A stretch of 63,520 nucleotides of DNA, the filler included, from Asterionella formosa (taxonomy: Eukaryota): the NCBI GenBank assembly GCA_002256025.1. It is 7 parts of 7 records of this genome, joined end to end, with 100 filler letters (N's around TTAATTAATTAA, not from the genome) between each part and the next. Parts side by side here need not be neighbours in the genome. Positions count along the whole stretch, not along the records: positions 38,970 to 58,316 come from NKIB01003710.1; 6 more parts are not named here. The stretch is one strand, 5' to 3'. The position numbers were made by a program, and so were the translations under genes. This document shows positions 39,938-52,485 of this stretch, piece after piece; positions within the stretch are counted from its first letter, which is position 1; each line of letters starts with the position of its first letter. The notes below the pieces were generated by a model. It did no database searches, was not told the DNA's origin, and worked only from the letters and a program-made list of their open reading frames with translations.

Positions 39938-42498
39938 CCTCGACTCAAATAAAAGAACTCTGCAATACAGTTGAATGGTGAGTGTGTTCTTGTTGTTTAC
40001 CTAAATGCTAGTATGGCTTGTCAGCTCACGCATTGTTGTTGACAACAGGCAGGGACAATGAGGTCCGGAATGAACTGTGTGTTGCTTTCTGCTGTTGCTA
40101 GTTCTATCATATACATTACTGACACACTGTTGTTATGAAAATCTCTGCAGGTCAATGAAGAAGTCATTTCAAGTACAAGAAGGAAATCAGTGTGTGATGC
40201 ATTCATGTTGCAACTTCGTAGAATGATGCCTGTTCAAGAGTGAATAATTTCCCCCTTCTGAATGAATGGCTTCTCCTCGTCTTGCAATGTCCTTACAGAT
40301 GTCTCATAATGCCTGCCTACTCAAGACTGAAGATTCTATTCTGATAGAACAGCTTTGTTTGATTGCATATCGAGATTTGTTTCCCATGTAATGTGAAATA
40401 CCGGTTGTTGAATTAGTAATCAACATTATTTGATAGCACTTTTAAATTACGTAAAAAAAATTTAATGCATTACGTGAACTATATTATAGAATTACGTGAA
40501 CAAAAATTTAAGGCAATGTGAACTGAATTACAGAATTAATTGAAGTATTTCAAATAATTATGTGAAGGTGATCATGTAATATAGTGATGATCAGGAATGC
40601 ATGCATGATACTCTGATCAAATAATGAACGTGATGTATTCAGATAATATATAGATATATTCAAGTAAGCATTTTGATGTATTCAACTAATTCATGTGATC
40701 CATTCAAAATCAACTAGGCTTATTTACGTGATGGTCACTTCACGTAATACGCGGCTTAGATGATCATGACCGGTTTGAAGCGAAATCAGTTCCGCGATGA
40801 CACCAGTAGCGATTCTTTGCCTAAAGGATGCGGTTGATTGTTGAATTGCTTGTCTTCTCGAGGCATTCATGTGGTCGCATCGTCCAGTTTTCGTCAGACG
40901 AACGATGATATCGATACATCTGATGTTGGTGGCAAGTTTTTGCTCTGGTCATGTATGTAATGATGCTTAACGGATATTTTACCGGTTACCGGCAGTCATC
41001 TAGTCTACATACGTTCATGGTACTAAAAACAACCATGCATGGTTTAAGCTATGCTTTAACGCTTACTTTGAACACGTTATAATATTATCTCTGTAGACTC
41101 GGTATTATTTTTACAAGACCTGAAATGTTGAATTATATTGTTCACATATTTATTGATTTTACGTACCGTATGCCCGATTTCGTCCTCACAAATATAGTCC
41201 TCACTCTATCTTGCCTGCCTTTGCTCTTTTCGGGCTTGCAATAGGCAACGTCCGCCTTTCTTTTATCCCATCGTCTGCTGCTTGTTATGCTAGTTGAAGC
41301 GGATTGGTAAGTACAACAGTGAAACACTGAATGTGGATTGTAGATTGTATTTATCGACTTTCCGATTTGATTGCTTCTGTGGTTTGTTTTGGTCGCTTCC
41401 ATCGTTGTTTGTTGTTACGCACTGTCGTTTTGTTTCGATTGTACAAATCTACATAAGAACCAATGCATTTATCAATGACTACTCATTGAAGATGTGGTAT
41501 TGTGCTGTTGTTGATCGCATTTGTTGATTTGTATAGTCATTGACAATGATGTCAATATTGCCGCAAAGCAATGCTTTTCTTGTACTAACGCGCTTTGCTA
41601 CATTTCTACTGCGAGTTTGTATCAGAAGCTTCACGAATACTCAGCTAGAGAGAGTCAATAGTGCTGGAGCAGCATGGCGATCATGCTTGCTCAGAACGGA
41701 ATGATCCGGGTTGCCTGTTTGGTGAGCGGAGAGGAATGACTGTGGCGGAAATACTGCAACTGGTGTCAGGCTAGTACCACAGCGATGCGCATGGTTGCAG
41801 CAACCAGACCATTGACGCTAAATAACAATGCAGGTCTACATTGGGTTGTACTTCCTCGCTACATGGAAAATTCCTTTTGTTTATTGTGCACAGACCTCGC
41901 TGTTGGGGAGGTATGGGAAACTCCGTACTTCCTCGATACGTGGAAAATTCCTTTTGTGTATCGTGCACAGACCTCGCTATTTTTTTCAAATATCTTGCAA
42001 AATTCTAGTTGCGCGTTCTTTTGCGAAGTTCGCGTACTTCTTGAAAAGTACACGCGACTCCATTCCGTCGAATCGAGTTTGAGCTCTGATCAGGCATTAA
42101 ACATCCACGGGCAATAACATTGCTCATCACACAGCATACCGGTGTCCGGTACAAGTACCAGGTACCGGTACCAATACCTGGTACGGAGTACCTGGTACCA
42201 CCAAATATTTTACGCACTATGGAGATCGAATGAAAAGACTGCAAAAGAACGCGAAGTTCGCAAAAGACTGCAAAAGAAGAAAAAAATCCGGATACACGAC
42301 GTTTTTCTACGGTCTTTGGCGGTATTTTGCGATCTTTTGGGAAAACGTGATGCGTGGTCGATTTTAGATAAAACACCGTTTTTTGTATGTGACTTTTCGT
42401 ACTTCGGAGTTTCCGTCAACTCCCGGAGTGTTGTGGAGGCGATCGTGCAAGCTTGTGTCTGTGCTGTCTGGTAGTACCTGGTACTAGGTACCAGGGTA

Positions 42499-45400
42499 CC
42501 ACCTAAAATCTGAGAGTCATACAAACTTTCAGTTTTGTTCTGATAGTCATAACAAAACGGGGTAATCACACGGTTTGAGACGAATATTTGTAATATTATA
42601 AATCTGTATTAGACAAAGTTCTTTCTGTGCATATAAGGAACAGCATTGTTCGTACTTGAACACTGCAATCTCGTACCAGTTCTTTAGTTATAGTGGCCCA
42701 ACATTGGCTGTCGACGGTTTTTTGGTCCAAATCAGTTTTACCCCATTGAGCCTGCATGACTTTTTCAACACATAAGTTGAAACACATAGAGATTCCTGAT
42801 CAGGTTATGAGAGTGTCAATATTTTTTCGTCTCTAGTGACCTGATTAGGAACATGTACCACAATCCACTAGATGATTGAGTCAAGGACACATGGTTAAAT
42901 ATCGCGTGTAAAATGCCACAGTTGAGAGAGGAACTTTCAGGAGAAGTTCTCTCTAACCTATTAATTGGACTCTAGAAGACGATCAGACCTAGAGGCCAAA
43001 TCAATAAATGATTGACTAGACAATTAAAGATATATCCGCAAAATCAAGGAACATTAAAGAAGCAAACTAGGTATGATCTAGTTATGATTAACAGGATCAT
43101 TCTATAAGCAGTCTTCGATCAAACAGCATCTGGCCTAAGTTGAGACAGGCCAAGATTAAAACAAATGTGTATTTAGGAAGAGGATGTAGTTTATTCTCAG
43201 TTCAAGTTGGGAACACAAATGAACCTCGCCTCCGAAGATCACCTCTATTTTGAAACATGCATGAGCTTGGCCTCTATTTTGAAACATGCATGAGCTTGGA
43301 AGTTTCAAAATTATACATTCAAATTTACATTTACATTAAGCTAACTCTTTTATAAAAACAACTATTAGCAAAAAAAGTAAAAAGAACAAATTGTGTAGAA
43401 ACATTTTTCTAGCAACTTTTACTGCGTGAGAGCAACAGATACATAGCATCTACCAACTACATAGGAGAAGCTGAAGCTATTTAAATATTTAGCTTGTATC
43501 AAGACTTTTCCGCATCATTACACTATGGCATGTTTGCGCCATTGCAATTAAGTTGTGAGACATAATAACTCGCTAATTTAGAGTTGTTTAAGTGCTGGTG
43601 CGCCAATAAATAATTATTATACCTAGTGGTACCTGGTACTGGCATGATAGACTAATAGTAAGCCAGCACTGCGGCTGGTGTGCATGACATAAAAACAAGC
43701 CTACAAATCCAACTTGTATGTCTCACAAGCAATATACAATTATTTGCGGAGTCATTGTTGAGACACTATAGTAATCATGTTGGCAGACCAAGGAATGCTA
43801 ACTCCTCATGAAACGGAAATTGAGCAGCTAAACCTCAACAATGTAATTCGAGAGTTAGAAGCTATCAAGGCTAACAACGGAGGTAAAATGCCACATGGCA
43901 CTATTTCTAAAGTGGTGGAGGCTAGGAAAAGATTGCTCCCATGTCTATTAATTAACCATGTCAAGTACCAGATGAAGAAGAACAAGAAATTATTTAATGA
44001 GATTTACTCTACTTGAGGAAAAGGATGCATTGGGACTCCAGACAAAGAAGTATAATTTGATTCATCCTGACCGGCTGCTTTTCGTTGACGAGGTGGGATG
44101 CTCATCAAACACATCTCAAACTAAAGATGGCAATGTGGGGGGAGAGTTATTTCTCTGTGGAATGGGTGAGTGACCACAGCAAAGATCGGCACATAAAGAT
44201 GCACACTTTACCGTTCTTGGGTTTACAGCTGCAAATGGGAATCCAATTATGTGTGCCATCATTTTTGCTGCTAGCTAAGACTCTCGAAGATGAATGGGTA
44301 CTTGGTCTTGATCCATTTGCAGAGTGGGTGGGAGATGAAAACAACTTGTTAGCAAACATTGGAAAGAACAAAAGGTACCCGCAAGGACCAGTGTGCACAG
44401 TTGATGGAGTCAACTTACCCACTTACCGTTGTGCCTCTGAAAATGGAAGTATCACAGCAGAGCTACTTGTTGGAATGCTTGCACACATGGACAAAACCGG
44501 AATTTTTGCATGGGACACTGCCCCACCACCTTTCTTAGTTCTTGATGGTCACGGAAGCCGTTTTGACTTGCTCTTTCTTGAATACATCAATAATCCTGAG
44601 CACAATTGGAATGTCTGCATTGGTGTTCCATACGGGACCTACTACTGGCAAGTCAGTGACTCCACTGAACAAAACGGTTGCTACAAGATGGCCATTACAA
44701 AAGCGAAGCGGGAACTACTCACCAAGAAAGCGGACCATCGTTAGGAATTCTCACTCAATAAATTTGACATTGTCGGGATAGTAAGCACTGTATGGAATGA
44801 ATCATTTGGTCAAGTTACCTCCAACAGGACTGCAATTGCCAAAAACCGAAGATGGGGCCCACTCAACTATAATGTTTTCAATCACTCTGAAATCCAACTT
44901 ACAAAGACAGCCAACATTGCAAAATGGCACCCAAAACAACAACACTGGAATTGCTACTTCTCCCCAAGAATTAAATCTGTCAGATGGATATGCTGGCACT
45001 CTAGTTGACCGTGTTGTTGAATACAGGAATCGTGAAAATGCTCGAAATGGAATTGACCTTGATGCCCGAGCCGGTCAACGCAAGGAAACTGCCCAAGCCC
45101 ATCTCGACTCCCACAAGAAAAGAATCTCTGCCGGCCTATTGGCATCTGCTGGCATTCATGCTCTTGGACCACATGTGTTTGCATCTGCAATGGTGAGAAA
45201 GAGAAAGGCAGAGTAACTGGTTACTGAGCGTAAAAACAAAAGGCAGCATGAATTTATGAAGCTACAGAACAAATTTATGGCTCTACGTGCAGGCAACAAG
45301 CCTGAGCATATGCTGTCAGTTCCTGAAATTAAGATCCTTGTGCGATGGTTTTGACGCAATGGAGATTTCCCGGCACCACAAACAAGACAAGCACTACTTA

Positions 45401-46259
45401 CCTGCTTGGGAGAGACCTCACACCGAGGAGACCAGCAGGCGCCAGCAGAAGAGATCACAACTGCTGTGGTTCTTGCTGCGACGAGTCCCATTTCCCCTAT
45501 TCTCCCCCTTGGCCTGCAGTTGACAATTGTGCTGACACACAAGGGGAAAATTGACATTCCAGCCGCAATGCCTTGCATGCTTCGGACGAGGAAGAATATA
45601 AAAGGTGGCTGAGAGGAGGAATATGAAGGAAGCGACGAAACAAGGAGGCGGAAGCGGAGCGAGGTGGAGAAGCAAACAAACAATCAATCAAAAAAATCTC
45701 GCTTGGCTGAGATCTGTCATAGTAGTAAAACCAAACCAGTAGCCTGATGTAAGCAGAACACTAATTAGTGACAAACGTAAATAATTCCTATATAAATCTA
45801 TATCAAACCATCATCAAAACGAATGAAAGTAAGATTATCGACACAAAAACTTGAAATAATATTTGAGTTAAAAGGCAAACGCATTATTCTTTAAGGTTAA
45901 AAAATGAAAACAATTAATAATAAATGAGTAGATGTTGCAACGGAAAAATTGTGCCAGGAAAAAGCTTTAGAGTGAACAATAGGGTAATTGAAACTAAAAT
46001 TTGAATATAAAATTGTCTTCAGGTACGTAGTAAAAAATATGTATTGATAGTCAAATAAAACGACCATAGTCATCAACTTTAAAAACTTCATAACTCTTGA
46101 ATTATGAAGCTTCATTACTAATTAAACAGACCTATTGAAAGCGGAGAGCCTGTTCTACATGTAGCTACGTCCTTGATTTGTTGTCACCATGAAATTTGAC
46201 TAAAATAGTTTGAGTCGAAACATGGGGTAAACTTTATATGACTCTCAGTTTTTAGGTGG
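42499..46259 (+). mobile_element. pogo/Fot1-like (DDE_1) DNA transposon with TIRs and TA target duplication
   Basis: TA|CCACCTAAAATCTGAGAGTCATACAAA at left; reverse complement CCACCTAAAAACTGAGAGTCATATAAA followed by TA at right; encloses a transposase pseudogene. Confidence 0.88.
43777..45420 (+). pseudogene. Frameshifted DDE_1 (pogo/Fot1-like) transposase
   Basis: LLFVDEVG, SENGSITAELL, FLVLDGHGSRF, PYGTYYWQVSDS; multiple stops and frameshifts. Confidence 0.85.
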
Positions 46260-47094
46260 TACCCAAATATCTGTAGCTAGTATCGTGTAGTGGTCCGTAC
46301 ATTCGGAATCGATAACACCGGTATCATGGCATGACTTACCCACCAAGATACGGGTAGTTTCATAGTTGGGGTGTGGCATCCGTGTGCTGGAGTGTAGCGG
46401 ATGTGTGGGTGCCGGGTACAGTGGTGGGTGTAGTAGTGGTGATATCGGTAATGGTGGTGGTAAGGCCGTTGTCCTGATACAACTTGCTAAATCCATATTC
46501 TGATCTCGTATACCTGCGAAACACTTAGTGCGTGATGTGGTTAATAATTTTGAGATATCATCGGATGGACGAATCTTTCCCGACTTGGCGATGGTAAGTT
46601 CTGGAATTGTCGTCGTCTCGATCTTGTGTGCTACTATCATTGACAATAAACACAATAGACTGTTAAATGCTTTGTTACTGAATGCGTTACAGGGACTACT
46701 TGGGTGTGCCCTAGTCAATTTGATGTGTTCAAACTGCGTGGTGTGGTTGATGTGACATCACTAATGGCCTTGGTGAAAGACGTTGTGAATGCCTTTTTGT
46801 TGTCACCTGGTCTGTTAACTGAACGTGTGCGTCTTTTCTATTACAGTTGTCTATGCAGATCCCTGATATCTGCCAACGGCAACAATTTGTTGCCCCGTTC
46901 ACTCTGGGTGCCTTTCGAAGAACTGAGGGCGGAAAAGCGTTGCAATAGAAGATGCCTGTCGGAAGTCGAAAAAGGATGTCGGCTCGCTGGTGGTGACTGC
47001 TCTGCCTTGGATGAACTTTGTGTTTTGTTCTCCTTGGTGGTTGTGCTCCTGCTGTTGATGTCTGTTTCCTTGTTGCTGGTGTCTGCAAGCATTA

Positions 47095-47840
47095 TTTTCA
47101 AACGCCTCCAGTTCTCCGCTTACTGAGGAGCGACATACCGATCCAGCCGTTAAACATCAACGAGCGTTAACAATCGAATTTATTTTAAAATTATATTTCA
47201 ACACACAACACCGGTTGACACTTGCATGGGCCGCCTCATTATTTTGGCATTTTTCTTCGCGATGCGCTCCTGTGAATAGTTGATCATCCACGGAGAATGA
47301 TGCACCAAACTGCTACGCATCCAATACCTTCGCTTCTCTCAGGAGCACACAGGTATCACACAAAATCGCGCGACAAACCATCTGGCCGACATCATCTGCA
47401 TAACATTTCTTCGCAACCAGAAGAATGGGAGAAGGATGAAACAATCACACTGAGTCACATGACAGACCCAATTATGTGTCCAGTATGTCAAGGTGCTTGT
47501 ATTGTCAATCACATCCTCGCCATCCCTGGTCAAACCGCAGATTCCACAATAAACACTTACACTAAACTCCGAGACCGCTATCAAACGTGTTCGAAAACTT
47601 GCAACGGAACTTGGACATTATCAAATAGGCCATGATCCACTCGACATAGGACTATGCTCCATATGCAGCGCTGCGGCAATGGCGATGATTCTAGCAGGAG
47701 TGCCAAACTACATGGTCGTCATGCTAATTGGTTGCTGGAAATCGGACGTCTTTCTAATTTAAATCGATAAGCAAGTGGCGGAATTCACGAAGTCCTCAGT
47801 TAGCCAAAAGATGATCACAACAACAACATTTTTCCATCCG
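47095..47840 (+). pseudogene. Tyrosine recombinase pseudogene of a DIRS/Ngaro-type retroelement
   Basis: DPAVKHQRAL, LIILAFFFAMRSCE*, QKNG..ETIT..DPIMCPV, IGLCSICSAAAMAMILAGVP..MLIGCWKSDVFL: decayed R..HSIR..GRWxS YR motifs. Confidence 0.8.
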
Positions 47841-47941
47841 CTGGCAAATACACCAGCATTCACATCTCGATCGACAATGGCAGGGCAAGACGCGCATACC
47901 ATGGCTCATCCAACATAATTCGTTGTGCCTAGAAAGTGGAT

Positions 47942-48775
47942 CGGCAAAGCACAACTCGACTGCCACAGAACCCGGAGATTGGATCCGAATTTTGAGAAAG
48001 GGATGCATTTACTTAGCACCAAATTCAAAAACCATTTATGCTACTTCTGCTTAGTATGTCTGGCTCGCTATTCTAGTATTCTATGGGTCGACTTGATATA
48101 TTCCAGCGAAGTACCCACAAAGCTACTACACAGACTACATATGGAGAAAGACAAAATGGACGAGACAGTAATTGTATCGAAGTTACTTTGTTGATATTAT
48201 GGACAAGGACGGACACAATGGACTTAGTACACCAGGCGAGCACCAGATGATACAAACCACACGACACAAATCAAATAAGTCGAAGCTGAGATATTAATAT
48301 AGCGACAATGTGACTATTAAGTTCTAGCTCTTAGAGTTGAATCGAACAAACAGGAGTCAGCAGCTAAGACAAGCAAGGGAAGGAGACAGCAACCACACGA
48401 GGTTAAACAAGTGAATTAGTGTAAGGGTGAAGCACACAATTCTTTGAAAAACTATTCAGAGAAGCAGTTTAAAGCATCGCCAAGCCTTTCGCAATTTATA
48501 GACTAAAATCACCAACCCTACATCCCTCCCACGGCAAAGCACAACTCCACTGCCACAGAACCCGGAGATTGGATCCGAATTTTGAACCCGGATTTGGGAA
48601 AGGGACGCATTTACTTAGCACCGAATTCAAAAACCATTTATGCTACTTCTGGCTCGCTATTCTAGTATTTATTGGTCGACTTTATATATTCCAGCTGAGT
48701 ACCCACAAAGCTACTACACAGACTACACATCATGGAGAAAGACGAAACGGACGAGACGGTAATTGTGTCAAAGTT
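47942..48775 (+). repeat. ~245-nt direct repeats (47942-48185 and 48532-48775) downstream of the YR gene, split-direct-repeat-like
   Basis: CGGCAAAGCACAACTC.ACTGCCACAGAACCCGGAGATTGGATCCGAATTTTGA..GTAATTGT.TC.AAGTTA present twice, separated by ~345 nt. Confidence 0.85.
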
Positions 48776-48990
48776 AATTCAATCAATACATTCATTACCT
48801 TACTACTAAATCACAGGTATCGTGACTTCATTCACATAATATATATGTGGCCATCATATGCATATACCCTGTTTTAGTGCATGGTTTGGCTGGTTTTGAG
48901 ATACCAGGTACCAGTAGGGAGTGATCTATATGTGCGAGGGTGTACACTGACACCCCGGAGTACTACCTGGTACCAGTACCTGGTATCTGG

Positions 48991-49141
48991 TGAAGTATCT
49001 AACTAGAAGTAGTAGTATTTATTGAATATATGAGCTTATTAATTAATTCTTATGTACAACTCGTTTCCCAAGTTGACATCGAAGTATACAATAGGTAACC
49101 CTAACCCTATATACAACTGTATCGATGTGCAGGATCGCTCA
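48991..49141 (-). repeat. 3' LTR of the gypsy element (lacks a 44-nt segment present in the 5' LTR)
   Basis: Direct repeat of 51553-51747; adjacent to the PPT. Confidence 0.9.
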
Positions 49142-51552
49142 CTCTCCCACACTTAAGGGAAAACCTTTTACCTATGAAAAGGTTTGATACGAAGAATAAT
49201 AATATGTTCTATAATATGCATATTGAGTTGAAAAGTAACTGTAAGATTGGCATGTACTTGAATAATAGTATAAGGACCTCGTCCACGATCATCCAAAGTA
49301 GTAGGATTATCCAATAGTATTAAAATCTCGTCACCCACTTTGTAATCATAAGATTGACGACGGAAATTAACATGACGGAAACGTTCATCATTTATCACTT
49401 GTCGACGTTGATGTATTAATTGCAAATCTGTAATCAAAGGAATAATTAATATCATATCACATTGAAAAACACATTAAGGTCGTAAACATGATCATTGCAT
49501 TGTTGTTAAATGCATCTTTGTATTCACCAATGTCTCAATATTCACGTAATTATATTCAGCAGCTTTAATTTCCAATGCATATGAAGACTCCACAATCATA
49601 GGTGCATCAAAATACAATAGTAAATCACGTAAACGTTCTCCATCATCAAAGAATGTGAGACGATGCATAGGAACAATCATATCCATACAGGACAAAGTGT
49701 TTTTTACGAAATCAATGGTTAAACCAACTTGACGAAGGAAATCACGTCCTAAAATAGCATCAAATGTGTATGGACCATTAAAAACTTGACACTTTTGTTG
49801 TAAAATACGAGCAGATCGATTAAATTCAGGAAGAATCAGGTCATGTAAAATAACACTGGCATGAGATGAATAAGTACCAGCTATGGTATGTATTAATTGG
49901 GAAGTCTCGTTAGACAAAGAAATACCTTGAGGCATAACCCGTTCATGTATTAAGGAAAAAGATCCTCCAGCACTATCAAATAATACTCGTAGCATTTTAG
50001 TATGCATAGGTATAGCATCCAGCAATCGTGGCGCTAAAAGAGACATCGGAATCAAATCAATTGACGTTAATATATCCTTAGAAGTAAAACAGGAAACCGG
50101 AATTGGTCCCTGATATGTACGTGGGATGTCATGTCCATTGATGCATTTATATCTGTCCCGCGTTACAGCAACAGCGGTATCCATAGTGTATTCAACCTGT
50201 AAATAAACAATATTATCCAGGTGATGACTAACGTGAGCAATCTGCTGTTGTGTAGTAGGGACAAAAGTCACTACCGGTAGCTGACCACCAGGAGGGTTCA
50301 TGACCACTGAAATTTCCTGGGCAGATGTATTCTCGCTAGGATTGGCACATGGCACGGTACCCCGACCGGATGGATGAGTATTATGACCCCATGCATTTTA
50401 CATACAAGCATGTGGAACAGGCACAAGTTAGCAGTTAGCAGTGTCAATATGGTAGCTTTCCAAAGGATTGCTGTGTGAGCCGCCTCCACAACCACCAAAA
50501 TGTCCTCGTCCACCGAAACTGGACCAGCCATGCGACCTGCTCGACCACCTTGAGTACGAGGATTCTTAAAACAATTGCCCCAAGTATGTGTACCTTCAGG
50601 ATGTACCGGGCAAGGGCCACAAAAATCATGGTATGTACGACTGGCTTGTAGAGCTTGATGACGAACAGTCGCCTGACAATCCCATGCACGACCGGCTGCG
50701 TTGACAATAGCACGCGCTCTTCCACGACCACTTGGAGTAAAATTATCGTTGTTAAATTGACGACTGACACGCTCGTTTTCTTGACACATCGCATGATTGC
50801 CTTCAGCAATACGAAGACGATTTTGCGTGATTGTTTGAAAACTGTTCTTGGGAAGGTGTTTGTTTTGGTCCTTAACGACTGTTGACTCTCGAAGTAAGCG
50901 AGAACCGAGAAAATTGATTGGTCTGAAGTTTTAGCATGATTCAATTTAAACTCTTGTTGTCACTCATTGGGCATAAAACGGATGATGATAATCCGCATAT
51001 CTTCTTTTGACAATCCGTTTTGATCTTCTGGATGAGGCATTAGTTGAAGTAGTCTGTTCAAAGCTTTAATACAAGCTCCGAAATCCATTACCAACATAGA
51101 AAAGGGTTTCGATAAGTAGTGTAGCATCCATTGTCATTGACGTTGAAAACTCTCATATGGTAAACGATCACCTAACCATAAAACCATCGCTTCATCAACA
51201 CTATCGTAGGATTGATCTTCTGGGTGTACTTCCACATTAAACCAGCCAATCTGATAAGGCAATGTCGGTCAAACACCTTTTAAAGTAGGAAAGGGTATCT
51301 GCAGGGCTAAAGGCACACGTGTTAGCCATGTCACGAAATTGACTCAATCCAATCAAAAATGCTTCGCTCCACAGAGCTTCCATTGATCATATCTTGATCA
51401 AATGATTCAAACCGTCCACTGGTTAAAGCAACTCTGAATGTTTTAGTCTTGATAGTCAAATCATTGTAATCTTTGATCAAAGGAATGACAGGAACCCTTG
51501 AATACATTGCCATGTTTGTTTTTTTCTAATTGGACTCTTTTTGAATTCAAAG

Positions 51553-51747
51553 TGAAGTATCTAACTAGAAGTAGTAGTATTTGTTGAGTACATGAGCTTA
51601 TTAATTAATTCTTATGTACAACTCGTTTCCTAAGTTGACATCAAAGTATACATTAGGTGTAAGTCGAGTTCTTTCATTTTTGAGTTCTGATGTATTTGAT
51701 ATAACCCTAACCCTATCTACATCTGTATCGATGTGCAGGATCGGTCA
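51553..51747 (-). repeat. 5' LTR of the gypsy element
   Basis: Direct repeat of 48991-49141; gag ATG 40 nt downstream at 51513. Confidence 0.9.
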
Positions 51748-52329
51748 CCTGGTACCTGGTACCGTCTACCAGATACTAGTAGTCAATCTACACATATCTT
51801 TGGTGTTTACCGGTTCCAGGAACCTGCATCCATATTCATGTTGAAACCCTGCGCACTACGTATGTATCCACTTAGGCACCTGGTACCAGGTACCTGGTAC
51901 CAACAATACAAAGCATAACACATGTACCCAGTACACAATATCATAAAACAAAATTAACTTCGCGTATACTCCTATATACTGTATTTATTTTATGTACAGT
52001 TATATTGTTTGATTACCGGTATATACCATACCCGGTCTGCATGTTCGGACAAGTATTCGCAATATTCGGACTTTCCCAGAACTCCCAGAAAAACAGGAAA
52101 GATCGGCAAACAGCACAAGCAGACTGGGGAAAAATTGAGCAACCATGGCAGCAAATTTAAAATCCAGCAAAAAAATGAAGATGAACTTCGAAGGCAAGAA
52201 AGAAACATGTAAACCTCGCAAGAAGGTCATGGAAGAGTCTATCTGCCAGAGAACAACCATGCAGAGGGTTCAAAGCAGAAAACTCACAATACTCTGAATA
52301 AGCTTTTGACAAAAGCAAATTGTTGATCA

Positions 52330-52485
52330 CCAAGCCTTGCAAATTTACAGTCTTTAGATTAAAAATTACCAACCCAAACTCCCACCCATGGCTAATGTGC
52401 AAAACTCGACTGCAGCTACTATGGGAAACCCGGAGGAAAGGAACTAACCAAGCTACTTATAACCAAATTCAAAAACCAACTACAA
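52330..52485 (+). repeat. Diverged copy of the YR-element terminal-repeat junction
   Basis: CAAGCCTT..TAGATTAAAAATTACCAACCC..CCCATGGC..AACTCGACTGC..AACCCGGAG..ACCAAATTCAAAAACCA is collinear with 48481-48640. Confidence 0.55.

Larger units (their letters stand above)
48991..51747 (-). mobile_element. Internally deleted Ty3/gypsy LTR retrotransposon
   Basis: LTRs 48991-49141 and 51553-51747 (TG..CA); TSD TCTGG/CCTGG (1 mismatch); PPT GTGGGAGAG; broken gag with CPVHPEGTHTWGNC; protease VLFDSAG..DAILGRDFL; integrase C-terminal GPY module; RT, RNase H and IN core absent. Confidence 0.9.

Noticed and set aside
42605..43217. Possible solo LTR inside the pogo element; similar TG..CA candidates at 28261-28469 and 57570-58019
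   Set aside because: No convincing TSD or second copy in the window
46245..47101. Minus-strand ORFs between the pogo end and the YR relic
   Set aside because: No recognisable domain; cannot be linked to the YR element
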